Shown: positions 42,600 to 52,745, counted from the first letter of the stretch. The stretch is 64,000 nucleotides of DNA from an uncultured virus (IMG/VR IMGVR_UViG_3300030060_002428) (IMGVR_UViG_3300030060_002428); one strand, 5' to 3'. Notes: generated from the sequence alone by a model not told the origin. Made by a program: numbers and translations.

Positions 42600-43506
42600 T
42601 GTATTTAAGACCAGGGGATTTCAAAAAATAGATAAGGCAGTTAACCAGTCAATTGCAATTGTTAAGCAAGCAAAGCTTGGACAGCGTGACGTGTTACCTA
42701 CATCTTGGAAAAGGTTAAATAGAAATTTACTTGGCGGTTTACAAAAAGGTAAGCTTTATGTGATTGCAGGACGTCCAGGTGTGGGCAAGTCTGCATTTAG
42801 TAACCAGCTAGTATTTGACGTGCTAGATACAAACAAGGATAAAAAGATTAGAGTTCTTTACTGGACATTCGAGATGCCAGGCTACCAGCAGGTTATGCGT
42901 AGCGCATCAAAAGACGTAAAGAAACAAATGGGTGACCTACTATCTGTAGACTCACCATTGTCTGATGTAGATTTTAGAAACTACGCAGGCAAAGTGCAGA
43001 AGTATGGTAAGTATCCTATTTACTTTAACAACATACCTAGGAGTATGGAGTTTATTATGAATACTAATGAAGAAGTATTTAATAAGCATCCTGAAGACAC
43101 AGTTATAAACTTGTTTGACCACTCTAGACTTGTTAGAGGTACTGAGGATACAGAACTAAAGCGCTTAAACACTATATCAAAAGGTTGCATGTGGATGCAG
43201 TCAAAGCTTGGTGTAGTCAACATACTATTGTCGCAGCTTAACAGAAACATAGAGCAAGAGCACAGGGCTAAGAACCAGTACCAGCCGATGCTTACAGATT
43301 TGTTTGGTGGTGACAGTATAGGTCAAGATGCCCATGTAGTTATGATCCTGAACAGACCGTTTGATTTGTACAACATTGTAGATACATACTGCGGTGAGAA
43401 CCCTAGAGGTTTGCTTGCATGTCACATGGAGAAGAACCGTGACGGTTTACTAGGCATGATAGGCTACGAAGCAGACATGAGCACATTTACAATTAGAGAA
43501 CGGTAA
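42556..43506 (+). CDS. dnaB: DnaB-like replicative helicase (ATPase domain only)
   Basis: LNRNLLGGLQKGKLYVIAGRPGVGKS, FEM, LSQLNR, DSIGQDAHVV, EKNRDG. Confidence 0.9.
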   Translation: MAEAQKKTESQEDYDVFKTRGFQKIDKAVNQSIAIVKQAKLGQRDVLPTSWKRLNRNLLGGLQKGKLYVIAGRPGVGKSAFSNQLVFDVLDTNKDKKIRVLYWTFEMPGYQQVMRSASKDVKKQMGDLLSVDSPLSDVDFRNYAGKVQKYGKYPIYFNNIPRSMEFIMNTNEEVFNKHPEDTVINLFDHSRLVRGTEDTELKRLNTISKGCMWMQSKLGVVNILLSQLNRNIEQEHRAKNQYQPMLTDLFGGDSIGQDAHVVMILNRPFDLYNIVDTYCGENPRGLLACHMEKNRDGLLGMIGYEADMSTFTIRER

Positions 43507-44360
43507 TGGTTAATAAGGTTACGAGAAAGACATTTACTATACGAGAGTCTGGTAGGTCTACAGATTTTATTAGTCCTAGTTTTGGCCATGGTTGTTTGTA
43601 CAACTGCAGCTATTGCTACATGAAGCGCCACAAGCCTGATGGGTTGTCTGTTGCTGTAAATCCGCATGACATACTAACACATGTTAATAACCATGCATAC
43701 TTTACACCTGTAGACAAGCCTAATCAGACACATGCTAAGTATACTACGTATGACATTAGTTGCAACGAAGACTTTGCGCTACATGCTAAGTACCATGCCT
43801 GGGAAAAGATCTTTGAGTTTTTCAGAGACCATCCTATTGCTATGGGCAGTTTTGCAACTAAGTATGTCAACGAGAAACTGCTAGAGTTTAACCCTAAAGG
43901 TAAGATTCGTATTAGGTTTAGTTTACTACCACAGAAGATGGCTGATGTGCACGAGAAGAACACGTCTAAGATTATAGATAGGATAAAAGCTATCAATAAG
44001 TTTATAGATGCGGGCTATGATGTGCACATAAACTATAGTCCTGTAATTGTATACGACGGCTGGTTGGAAGATTATGCTGAACTATTTGATTTAGTAGACG
44101 AACACGTAAACTGGAAAGAGCAGGTGCTTGCAGAAGTTATATTTCTTACGCATAATTTTAAGAAGCACACTGTGAATTTACAGAACCACCCCCAAACTGA
44201 GGTAACACTATGGTCACCTGATATACAGGAGGCTAAAATATCTCAGTACGGGGGTGAGAATATTAGGTATAAATTTGAGAAGAAGCGAGAGTTTATACAA
44301 GAGTTTAAGGACTTGCATAGTAGCAAGATACCTTGGAATAAGATTAGGTATATCTTCTAG
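43506..44360 (+). CDS. splB: Spore photoproduct lyase family radical SAM enzyme
   Basis: GCLYNCSYCY (CxxxCxxC), YDISCNED (aligns with Bacillus FEASCTSD, Cys141), FATK, RIRFSL, QYGGENIRY, IRYIF. Confidence 0.85.
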   Translation: MVNKVTRKTFTIRESGRSTDFISPSFGHGCLYNCSYCYMKRHKPDGLSVAVNPHDILTHVNNHAYFTPVDKPNQTHAKYTTYDISCNEDFALHAKYHAWEKIFEFFRDHPIAMGSFATKYVNEKLLEFNPKGKIRIRFSLLPQKMADVHEKNTSKIIDRIKAINKFIDAGYDVHINYSPVIVYDGWLEDYAELFDLVDEHVNWKEQVLAEVIFLTHNFKKHTVNLQNHPQTEVTLWSPDIQEAKISQYGGENIRYKFEKKREFIQEFKDLHSSKIPWNKIRYIF

Positions 44361-44362
44361 CT

Positions 44363-44497
44363 ATGTCAAAGCAGAAGGATAAAACTATAGCTAATCAAGC
44401 TAAGTTAATTAAAGAGTTATGGAGCAAGTACCACAGTGTGCGTAAGAAGCTTGCTACTGACTACCCAGATATTTACAATAAAATAATTAAAGACTAA
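44363..44497 (+). CDS. Small hypothetical protein (44 aa)
   Basis: My translation: MSKQKDKTIANQAKLIKELWSKYHSVRKKLATDYPDIYNKIIKD; TAATG-coupled to the next gene. Confidence 0.5.
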   Translation: MSKQKDKTIANQAKLIKELWSKYHSVRKKLATDYPDIYNKIIKD

Positions 44498-45204
44498 TGG
44501 ATGTAATGGAATTACCAAAGAAAAAGGTAAAGGCTAGCCGTAAATCGCCTAAGAATATGATAATCTATGGTCCGCCAAAGATCGGCAAGACTACAGTGTT
44601 ATCACAGCTAGATGACTGTTTGATTATTGACTTGGAGGAGGGCTCTGACATGGTCGATGCACTCAAGGTTAAAGTTACTAGTCTAAAAGAACTTGCTGAA
44701 GTTGGCAAAGCTATTGTCAAAGAAGGCAAGCCGTACAAGTATGTGGCTATCGACACTATCTCTAAACTAGAAGAGTGGTGTGAGGAAGACGCAAAGAAGT
44801 TGTACATGACTACGCCTATGGGTAAAAACTTTGAGACAAAGAATCCAGGCATGTCAATACTATCGTTACCTAACGGTGGCGGTTACTTGTACTTGCGTAT
44901 GGCATACAAGAAGTGGATTGACAGGTTGAACAAGCTTGCGGATCACGTTATACTTGTAGGTCACCTGAAAGACAAGATGCTTGAGAAGAAGGGCAAAGAG
45001 GTTGCTGTTAAGGACCTAGATTTGACCGGTAAGATCAAGCAGATTACATGTGCAAATGCTGACGCTGTTGGCTACATATACAGAGAGGATGAACAGACTA
45101 TGATTTCGTTTAACTCTCTAGAAGATGTAACTGCAGGTAGCAGATGCGATCACCTTAAAGGCCAGACCATGCCTCTAGAATGGTCAAAGATATTTATAGA
45201 TTAA
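44497..45204 (+). CDS. AAA_24/Sak4-like ATPase (recombination/annealing)
   Basis: IYGPPKIGKT, IIDLEEG, AIDTIS, ILVGH, ADAVGY. Confidence 0.8.
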   Translation: MDVMELPKKKVKASRKSPKNMIIYGPPKIGKTTVLSQLDDCLIIDLEEGSDMVDALKVKVTSLKELAEVGKAIVKEGKPYKYVAIDTISKLEEWCEEDAKKLYMTTPMGKNFETKNPGMSILSLPNGGGYLYLRMAYKKWIDRLNKLADHVILVGHLKDKMLEKKGKEVAVKDLDLTGKIKQITCANADAVGYIYREDEQTMISFNSLEDVTAGSRCDHLKGQTMPLEWSKIFID

Positions 45205-45227
45205 TTAACCGCTTTAAAAACTAAACA

Positions 45228-45593
45228 ATGATTGAAGCAAGACCAACAGGTGCAGACACAGCACCTAAGGCAGACACGCCTGAAACAATTACTGTGTCAA
45301 TGATTATAGAAGATTTGGAAAGTGGCACTGACCGTGCAGGTATCCAGACAAAGTATGGCTTGAAGACCTGGGAGGTTACAGAGATGTTTAAGCATCCTAA
45401 ACTCAAGGGCCGTAAAGCTAAGAAGGTAAGGAAACTTTCTTTTAATTTTGTGGACGATACTGACACTGTAGATCCTAACCAGACTAGTATTCCTGTAGAA
45501 GATACAGTTGAAGACGCATCTAGAATGTTATACGGAGTAGACAATACCAATGTAGAAGCTACAGATGTATACAGTCAAGAAGAAGAATTTTAA
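45228..45593 (+). CDS. Hypothetical protein with acidic tail
   Basis: Between the Sak4-like and SSB-like genes; MFKHPKLKGRK. Confidence 0.55.
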   Translation: MIEARPTGADTAPKADTPETITVSMIIEDLESGTDRAGIQTKYGLKTWEVTEMFKHPKLKGRKAKKVRKLSFNFVDDTDTVDPNQTSIPVEDTVEDASRMLYGVDNTNVEATDVYSQEEEF

Positions 45594-45612
45594 TTTTAAA
45601 ATATAGACAGAT

Positions 45613-46365
45613 ATGGCTATTAAAAGCAATGAATCAACCCAAGAGGTTGTAGGTGGGGGTATCAAATTATACTCAGGCCTTAGTAATTTTAATGTGATTG
45701 CAGTAAATCCTACAATGGATGAGCTGCACAAGCTAGGCATCATGGTAAAGAGTGAGCCTAACTACTATGTAGAATTTAGCGGAGAAGAGTACTTCAAGCT
45801 AACGTTCTGGGTAAAGAACGATGACTTGACTACTCGTCTAGAAGTTCTACTTAACTCTAAGGAGCGTGTATCACAGAGTGGAAAGAACCAGTGGATTAAC
45901 AACATTGGTCAATCTACATGGTCTGAAGGTGCACCTACGTACGAGTGGTGGAAGCCAGAAGGACAGCGTCATGCGCTAACAGGCGAAGAGACATTGATTA
46001 ACTTTGTAAAAGCGTGGGCTAACGTAGCTCAAGGCGACGAGGTATACTTTGACTCTATTGGCAAGATTGCTAAAGGTGATGTAGCAGAGGTAAAAGCTCT
46101 AGTTGGATTACTTGCTAGCAACCAGGTTAGACTACTAATTGGTGTTAAGGACGGTAAGTACCAGTCTGTATACACTAAAGTGTTTGGTCGTATTAAGCCA
46201 CAGAGAGATGACTTGTTTATCAAGAATCTTAATGATGACTACGGTGCGTTCAACGCTGAGTTTAATGCAGACTTGTCGTGGGGTACATTTGTGCCACAGC
46301 TAGCAGTTGTGACTCCCGATGATGACTCTACAGAAACAGTTTCTGAGACAGACGACTGGGTCTAA
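45613..46365 (+). CDS. Putative ssDNA-binding protein (crAss-type)
   Basis: KLYSGL..FNVIAVNPT..EL; acidic aromatic-ended tail ETDDWV; near the Sak4-like gene. Confidence 0.55.
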   Translation: MAIKSNESTQEVVGGGIKLYSGLSNFNVIAVNPTMDELHKLGIMVKSEPNYYVEFSGEEYFKLTFWVKNDDLTTRLEVLLNSKERVSQSGKNQWINNIGQSTWSEGAPTYEWWKPEGQRHALTGEETLINFVKAWANVAQGDEVYFDSIGKIAKGDVAEVKALVGLLASNQVRLLIGVKDGKYQSVYTKVFGRIKPQRDDLFIKNLNDDYGAFNAEFNADLSWGTFVPQLAVVTPDDDSTETVSETDDWV

Positions 46366-46382
46366 ATAGTTGACAAATAATT

Positions 46383-46417
46383 AAATGGGGGTCGCGCTTT
46401 GTGGCTCCCATTTTTTT
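46383..46417 (+). terminator. Rho-independent terminator
   Basis: AAATGGGGGTCGC-GCTTT-GTGGCTCCCATTTTTTT. Confidence 0.75.
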
Positions 46418-46435
46418 ATTTAAATTCACAGCCCC

Positions 46436-47491
46436 ATGATTAAAAATAGAGATAGTGAAGCGCATTTGTCTAAGGAAGTTATCCTGGATAAGATACGTGA
46501 CATTGATATTTTTAGTTACTATTGTCCGAAGTTTAAAAAGCTAGGTGTAAAGTTTTGTAGTGATCTTAGAGAAGACAATACTCCATCTGTTTCTATCGTC
46601 AATTGGCAGGGTAAACTTTTGTACAAAGACTTTGGTCATCCAGAGCACACGTTTGATTGCTTCTCATATGTAATGCACAAGTTTAGTTGTAGTTTTTATG
46701 ATGCACTTAGGCTCATTGATTACGACTTTAATCTTAACCTATCCTCTTACAAGGATACTATTGGTTTTAGCATGGGCCGTATGGCTAGCAGAACTAGTAT
46801 GAAACAAGAATCTAAGAAGCTTGTCATCATCAAGAAGAAGTCGCGTGAATGGATGAAAAAAGATGCAGAGTTTTGGTCTCAGTATTTGATCAGTAAAAAG
46901 ACTTTGACTATCTTTGACGTTTCCCCTATATCTTACTATTGGATTAACGCTAACAGGTTTAGTTGTGATCTTAGTTATGCATATAGGATTGGGAATAAAT
47001 ACAAAATTTACTCACCCTATGAAGATATTAAGTGGATTAGCAACACTACTAAAAAGCATATACAAGGCTACAGTCAGCTCCCTGAAAAGGGACCGCTCTG
47101 TGTCATCACCTCAAGCCTCAAGGACGTCATGTGTTTGTACGAAATTGGAATCTCAGCAATTGCGCTCCAGTCGGAGATGCAAATGCCAGAAGAAAGCCTT
47201 ATTCAAGAACTCCAAGACAGATTTGACGAGGTAGTTGTTTTTTACGATAATGACTTTGCTAACCCTAATAATCCTGGGCAAGCTATGGCTAACAAAATCA
47301 TTGAGAAATATTTTCCTATGAGCAACATTGTTATCCCTAGTAAATTTGGAACTAAAGATTTATCTGACTACATAGCAAAATATAAATCTCTAGAGCTAGC
47401 GAGGAAACTTATAGAACATCAAACACTATGGCAAAAAGAAAAGACGGACAACTTAAGTACGACATTGATAAGGGAGTTAGACAAAAAATAG
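46436..47491 (+). CDS. dnaG: DNA primase (degenerate Zn-binding domain plus TOPRIM)
   Basis: FCSDLREDNTPS, YKDFG, ITSSLKDVMCL, FYDND, KDLSDY. Confidence 0.8.
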   Translation: MIKNRDSEAHLSKEVILDKIRDIDIFSYYCPKFKKLGVKFCSDLREDNTPSVSIVNWQGKLLYKDFGHPEHTFDCFSYVMHKFSCSFYDALRLIDYDFNLNLSSYKDTIGFSMGRMASRTSMKQESKKLVIIKKKSREWMKKDAEFWSQYLISKKTLTIFDVSPISYYWINANRFSCDLSYAYRIGNKYKIYSPYEDIKWISNTTKKHIQGYSQLPEKGPLCVITSSLKDVMCLYEIGISAIALQSEMQMPEESLIQELQDRFDEVVVFYDNDFANPNNPGQAMANKIIEKYFPMSNIVIPSKFGTKDLSDYIAKYKSLELARKLIEHQTLWQKEKTDNLSTTLIRELDKK

Positions 47492-47697
47492 ATGACATAC
47501 TGCGACAGTGTGCCAGTATTTTTGCTAACTTAGGCATGAAGAATAAATACGATCTTGGAACGCGTGAAGCTGCGAGGGCAGAAGAACGCAGGTTAATAGA
47601 CAAAATAAAAGACATTGACGAAGATTTTTACCACGATTGCTTATATATCCCGCGCAGTGAAGAGAAGAACGAGAAAACCACAGAACAAGAAAGTTAG
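47428..47697 (+). CDS. Hypothetical protein
   Basis: Overlapping chain between primase and nuclease. Confidence 0.5.
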   Translation: MAKRKDGQLKYDIDKGVRQKIDDILRQCASIFANLGMKNKYDLGTREAARAEERRLIDKIKDIDEDFYHDCLYIPRSEEKNEKTTEQES

Positions 47698-48100
47698 AAA
47701 CGCAACTGCCAAAGTTTATAAAGGCATAAAGTTTCGCTCTAAGCTTGAGCTGTTTACATACAGAAAACTAGAAGATGCAGGCATAGATGCTTTGTATGAA
47801 AAGAAGAAGTATGTATTGCAGGAAGGCTTTCGTTACTCTGCTACTGTGTATGAGCCCCACAAAACCAAGGGCTACATACCTACTACTACCAAGATAAGAG
47901 ATATAACATACACTCCTGATTTTGTAGATCCTCATGGAAGATGGATCATTGAAGTCAAAGGGTTCGCTAATGATGTGTTCCCTGTAAAGTGGAAAATGTT
48001 TAAGAATTATCTTATGCAACAGGACGACCCTCCTGTACTGTTTCTACCCAGAAACCAAAAACAAGTTCTAGAAACTATAGAGCTTATCAAAGAGTTATAA
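47615..48100 (+). CDS. PD-(D/E)XK endonuclease (T7 endonuclease I/DUF1064-like resolvase)
   Basis: GIKFRSKLE, ITYTPDFV, IIEVKG; true start uncertain. Confidence 0.8.
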   Translation: MTKIFTTIAYISRAVKRRTRKPQNKKVRNATAKVYKGIKFRSKLELFTYRKLEDAGIDALYEKKKYVLQEGFRYSATVYEPHKTKGYIPTTTKIRDITYTPDFVDPHGRWIIEVKGFANDVFPVKWKMFKNYLMQQDDPPVLFLPRNQKQVLETIELIKEL

Positions 48101-48118
48101 CACTTTAATTAAAATTTT

Positions 48119-48469
48119 ATGAATTATTCAGATGATCTCGTCCAACAACTGGACGGGCTTGGGATTGATATGTCTATTGGTCCCGACAACACGCGTCAGC
48201 AAATTGAAGATTACTATGATTACACAAAAGACAATGTCTTTGGGTACATAGAAAATCTTACAGAGTTTAACAAAGTATTTGAGCCAGTGTACGGCGTGGA
48301 GTATTTTATACTAGTGAAGGAGGTTTACAGCAGGTTTATGGAAGAGTATAATAGATATTTAGATCGTGAACAATTAAAAACCGCTTTAAATGAAATCAGA
48401 CAAAATAGAAAAATGGCAAGAGAATCTCAAGCCAGGGACACCTATACGAGTCCTATATCAAAATGTTGA
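48119..48469 (+). CDS. Hypothetical protein
   Basis: ATG after an AT-rich leader. Confidence 0.5.
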   Translation: MNYSDDLVQQLDGLGIDMSIGPDNTRQQIEDYYDYTKDNVFGYIENLTEFNKVFEPVYGVEYFILVKEVYSRFMEEYNRYLDREQLKTALNEIRQNRKMARESQARDTYTSPISKC

Positions 48470-48722
48470 GGCCTATGGTGTATTTGTATCCTGGAAAGAT
48501 TACGGCTATGGAAAAGGATGCTTGTACATGAGTATTCCTATATGGGCAGACGACAAGGGTAAACTTGCCTGGCTAGAAAGGAGATCGTGGTCACATTTAG
48601 ACAGAGTTCAGACTAATGCTGAAGACCGTGTTAAGCCTGTTGATATTCAATGGCTTAGCGAGGTAGATAAAACATGTTTAGAAACATTAAAAAATCAAAT
48701 TTATGAGTATAAAAACAATTGA
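48390..48722 (+). CDS. Hypothetical protein (SH3-like N-terminus)
   Basis: LKPGTPIRVLY...YGVFVSW. Confidence 0.5.
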   Translation: MKSDKIEKWQENLKPGTPIRVLYQNVEAYGVFVSWKDYGYGKGCLYMSIPIWADDKGKLAWLERRSWSHLDRVQTNAEDRVKPVDIQWLSEVDKTCLETLKNQIYEYKNN

Positions 48723-51426
48723 CAAGCAGATCAAAGGATCTGAAGGCGTTGCTAAAAAGATTAACAAAGGCGCCGAAAAAATGGTTTTTGATATTTTGCA
48801 GTCTACGCAATATTCTACTCCTATATCATCTACAGTGCGTGAGCTTGCAACAAATGGTTGTGACGCACAGCGTGAGAAAGAGATAGCGATAGAGATATTG
48901 ACCGGCGAAGCAAAAGAAGAAGACTACTATATTAAGCGTGATGGCGCTCAATATGCAGACAGTAATTTTGACATAGGATACTATGACATTAACCACCTGG
49001 ATGCAATAAACAACGATGTAACTGTTACATACAAAGAGAACGAAGGAACGGGTTTTTGTGACACAGTTACTATTCAGGACTACGGCGTAGGCATAGGTCA
49101 ACGTAGATTGGAGGGTGTACTAGAGCTAGGTTATTCTACTAAGCGTAATACATCAGAGAACTTCGGCGCGTTTGGCTTGGGTGCTAAAGCTGCATTGTCT
49201 ACTGGTGTAGATTTCTATACTATAGAGACTGTACACAACGGTAAAAAGTTTAAGTGTAATTGCTACAACTACAAGACTGACTTTATTGTACCGTCGTTTA
49301 CACCAAATGGTCCTAACCCACACATCTTACTAAGTGACGGCACAAAAGTGCACTACGAAGAGACAGATGAGCTTAACGGCACTAAAGTTTCTTTTCAAGT
49401 AAAGCGTCACAACAGACATGAGTATCGTGATGCGGTAGAAGAGCAGCTTATGTATCTTACAAATGTTAGATTTATTAGAATTGCAGAAGATGGGTATGAA
49501 AGAGAAGAAAAGATTCAGCCTAATATTCTGTACAACTCTGATAATCTAATTATTTCTGATACGTATGTGTTTAGCAAACCTCACATAGTATTGACTAAAG
49601 GTGACGGCGCTGCCACAGGTGTTAACTACGGCTTTGTAGATTTTAGAGAGCTGGAGATGCAACAAATGTGGGGTCCTATTGCTTTTAAGTGTCCTGCTAG
49701 ACAGGTTATACATGACCCTGACAACGGCAGTGAGATAGTATTGCAAGAGGGTGTAGATGTTACGCCATCCCGCGAGAAGGTGATCTGGAATGAGAACACT
49801 AAGAAGTACATTTTATCTGTAATAGAGAAGGCAGCACTAGAGGCTACAGATCTAGTACAGAAAGAGCTTGAGCAAGAAGACTTTATTTCTTGGCTGCTAG
49901 CTTGTAAAGATGTTCTTAGTAATGCTGACAGCGGTAGTGTAATAGGTAGAATAGCTAACATTATAGACAAAGAGTCTATTAAGCCTAAGTTTAAGCCTGA
50001 TCCTAGGATTAAGAACGAGTCTGTAAAAAAACTTTTTGCAGGTTTTAAAGCTGAGCTTATTTCTGTTACTCGTAATCACCGAGAAGGTAAAGATGAGATA
50101 AGCAGAGACAAGCTAGAAAATTACAGTGCTCTTAGAGAGAATAACATATTTATTATGGGAGAAGAATCTCACAGTAAATACAAAGATTTGTATCTACAGA
50201 GTACATGTGATGGTCCTATTATTTGTCTTAAGTCTATAGATGTAACTCCGGAGCTTAATACTCCAGAAGCTGTTAAGCTAGCGCATAAAACTGCAGCTAA
50301 GCGTGACAGAGTTCTTGAGCTTCTTACTGAGTCTTCTCATGTTCGTAATTACGATGACATAGAGATTGACGAAGAGTGGCTAGAAGAGTACAAAGATGAA
50401 GCGGCGGCTGCAGAAGAGGTAGCTAAGTTTGAAAACATTAGTCCTAGTGAGCGTCGTAAGTTAGAATCACGTATGGTAGCATACAGTTTTCGTTTTAACC
50501 ATAATCATTGGCGTGGTGATGATCGTAAGAGATACATTCTTGATAAGGTTGAGCCTAAGATTAAGGACTTAATGAAGACTCAGCGTATTACCTACTATGG
50601 TACTAAGGAGGACGAAGATAAGCTTATGGCTGCATGTGGTATTTTACATTCTTATGCTCCTAAGTTTGATCAGGTTTATACTAATTTTCCGCGACCTTAT
50701 GACGAGGAAGGCAAACATCCTGTATTTTTCTTTGATACTCCACCTGTTCGTAACAGAAAAGGTTGGGGCAACGAGAAAGGTCAATGGGAAGCGTGGTCAG
50801 AGCCTGGAGCTGACAGCATAAATCTTGACTGGACTACGCCACAGATTATTAGGGTTGCGCAGAATAATATTAGACATATTTCTATGAGCCCTAATGTCAA
50901 GCATATTGACGATTTCTTTTTACAATTAACACCTAATGGAGGATATACAATGGATGAGCATTTAATTAAATGGTACACTGCAGATAAAATGAAGGATATG
51001 AAAAACAAGACATATTTATATTGTCTAAAAGACATTAATCCTGACCTTTATGAAAAGTATAAAGATGTTTATACCGCAGTAGATCGTAATTTACAGCAAA
51101 GTGCCTGGGTAAAAGATACCGATGTATTTCCTGCTATAGAGAAGCTTGTAACATTCCATAAGTTTTGTAATGAAACTGACGATGCTGAAGCTATTAAGCA
51201 AAAGAGTCGTGAGTTATTTGTACTAGATATACCAGAAGCAGTTGGTCAAGACCAAGAGATGATGGACAAGTACAATGAACTTACAGAATGGACAGAAAAT
51301 GTACATGTATTACTTAATGCAATTGATGAGATTAAGTTTGAGCCTGCAGATGAACGGGACTTAGACGACGACCTTATCAAGGAGATTAAGACATATCTAG
51401 ACGCAAAGGGCAGACTAGATTGGTGA
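48703..51426 (+). CDS. rIIA: rIIA-like protein (GHKL ATPase N-terminus)
   Basis: VRELATNGCDA, IQDYGVGI, YSTKRNT..FGAFGLGAK, NGTKV, VTPSRE; followed by an rIIB-like gene. Confidence 0.8.
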   Translation: MSIKTIDKQIKGSEGVAKKINKGAEKMVFDILQSTQYSTPISSTVRELATNGCDAQREKEIAIEILTGEAKEEDYYIKRDGAQYADSNFDIGYYDINHLDAINNDVTVTYKENEGTGFCDTVTIQDYGVGIGQRRLEGVLELGYSTKRNTSENFGAFGLGAKAALSTGVDFYTIETVHNGKKFKCNCYNYKTDFIVPSFTPNGPNPHILLSDGTKVHYEETDELNGTKVSFQVKRHNRHEYRDAVEEQLMYLTNVRFIRIAEDGYEREEKIQPNILYNSDNLIISDTYVFSKPHIVLTKGDGAATGVNYGFVDFRELEMQQMWGPIAFKCPARQVIHDPDNGSEIVLQEGVDVTPSREKVIWNENTKKYILSVIEKAALEATDLVQKELEQEDFISWLLACKDVLSNADSGSVIGRIANIIDKESIKPKFKPDPRIKNESVKKLFAGFKAELISVTRNHREGKDEISRDKLENYSALRENNIFIMGEESHSKYKDLYLQSTCDGPIICLKSIDVTPELNTPEAVKLAHKTAAKRDRVLELLTESSHVRNYDDIEIDEEWLEEYKDEAAAAEEVAKFENISPSERRKLESRMVAYSFRFNHNHWRGDDRKRYILDKVEPKIKDLMKTQRITYYGTKEDEDKLMAACGILHSYAPKFDQVYTNFPRPYDEEGKHPVFFFDTPPVRNRKGWGNEKGQWEAWSEPGADSINLDWTTPQIIRVAQNNIRHISMSPNVKHIDDFFLQLTPNGGYTMDEHLIKWYTADKMKDMKNKTYLYCLKDINPDLYEKYKDVYTAVDRNLQQSAWVKDTDVFPAIEKLVTFHKFCNETDDAEAIKQKSRELFVLDIPEAVGQDQEMMDKYNELTEWTENVHVLLNAIDEIKFEPADERDLDDDLIKEIKTYLDAKGRLDW

Positions 51427-51520
51427 CGTATTGCAAACGGCCTGGGGATAACTTCCCTGGGCATTGTTTGCCTATAAAAAGTTTTTTTATTATCTTTAAC
51501 TTATTAATTATTAAACAGTT

Positions 51521-52693
51521 ATGATTACAATTAATGTAATAGAGGGCCGCATATCAGGCTCTTACGGGGACACGCCGTTCAGTGTCAACTACTCTCAAGA
51601 TACCTACGACAAGATGGTGCGTCTGCAAACAGAAGCAGATGAGGTAACAACTATGGACGAGTACAATGCACTCATGGAAGAGTTTGCTAAGCTTACCGTT
51701 CAAGATTACAAAACTACTATCGAGACAGATTGTCCGTGGATTCATGTTAACGAAGCTACAGGTCAATTCTTTTTGACTCATAATGGTGTAGTTTCTAGTA
51801 TCCCGATGCCTCAAGCATTAGTAGATCGTATTCTAGCATCTATGGACAAGGAAGCAGAGTATTTACCACTTGTAAAAATGTGGATTAGATTCTTGCGTAA
51901 TCCTATTCTTAGAAAAAAGATGGATAACGGCAACGGTGAAAACTTTGCAGACAGATTCTTTAACTTTGTTAACCTAGAGTATGTGCACCCTAAGCTTAAG
52001 AAGGAGCTTATGGAGGACCACGGCCTTAGTGAAGAAGTTGCTGAGCGTAGAGCTACTATGTATCAGATGAAGATTACCAAGGAGGGTCTGCTTAACGGTT
52101 ACAAAGTATCAGAAGAAGTTCTTACTAAGTATGACACTGAAACTGGTGAAGAGGTAGATCGTTACAAGCGTATGTTTGATCCTGACACAGGTGAAATTTC
52201 TGGCGACGGACTTCCTGAGCATGTAGAGGACAGGTTATTTAAGCCTGCTATTATGGGAAATAGCGGTGATGCATTTTACTGCGAAGGTCCTAATGGCTAC
52301 GCTAAGCCAGGTCACTTTATTAAGGTTGGCTGTACGCACAGACTACCAGATTGGTCGTATGTAAATACTAACGATAATCAGTCTTGTGTTAAGGGCTTGC
52401 ACTTTGGTGGTCTTAAGTACATAGCATGTTATCGCGGAGAAATACACAATATTTTTGTGGACCCAATGCATGTTGGCGCTGTGCCTGATGATCATGACGG
52501 CGCTGTTCGCTGTCTACAGTATTTTGTACACTCTAGTCTTGCAGGTGTGAACGGTAGTATTTACCACAGTTCTACTTACGCTGCTAAGACAGATGAAGAG
52601 TGGGAAGAAATGCGAAAGGAAGCAGTACAAACGTATGCTGAGTCAAAAGTAGACGCAGATAAAAGCATTGCAGAGATAAATGCTTTAGGCTAA
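51521..52693 (+). CDS. rIIB: rIIB-like protein
   Basis: FLRNP, ITKEGLLNGYK, SCVKGLHFG, VDPMHVGAVPDD...VRCLQYFV. Confidence 0.8.
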   Translation: MITINVIEGRISGSYGDTPFSVNYSQDTYDKMVRLQTEADEVTTMDEYNALMEEFAKLTVQDYKTTIETDCPWIHVNEATGQFFLTHNGVVSSIPMPQALVDRILASMDKEAEYLPLVKMWIRFLRNPILRKKMDNGNGENFADRFFNFVNLEYVHPKLKKELMEDHGLSEEVAERRATMYQMKITKEGLLNGYKVSEEVLTKYDTETGEEVDRYKRMFDPDTGEISGDGLPEHVEDRLFKPAIMGNSGDAFYCEGPNGYAKPGHFIKVGCTHRLPDWSYVNTNDNQSCVKGLHFGGLKYIACYRGEIHNIFVDPMHVGAVPDDHDGAVRCLQYFVHSSLAGVNGSIYHSSTYAAKTDEEWEEMRKEAVQTYAESKVDADKSIAEINALG

Positions 52694-52699
52694 TGTAAT

Positions 52700-52726
52700 G
52701 GGGGAGGCAACTCCCCCTTTATTTTT
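52700..52726 (+). terminator. Rho-independent terminator after rIIB
   Basis: GGGGGAG-GCAA-CTCCCCC-TTTATTTTT (GNRA loop). Confidence 0.8.
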
Positions 52727-52745
52727 AATTTTTAAATATAGAAGA

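Noticed and set aside
52698..52745. N-terminal extension of the exonuclease ORF
   Set aside because: It overlaps the rIIB terminator; the real start is MSKIALID at 52746.
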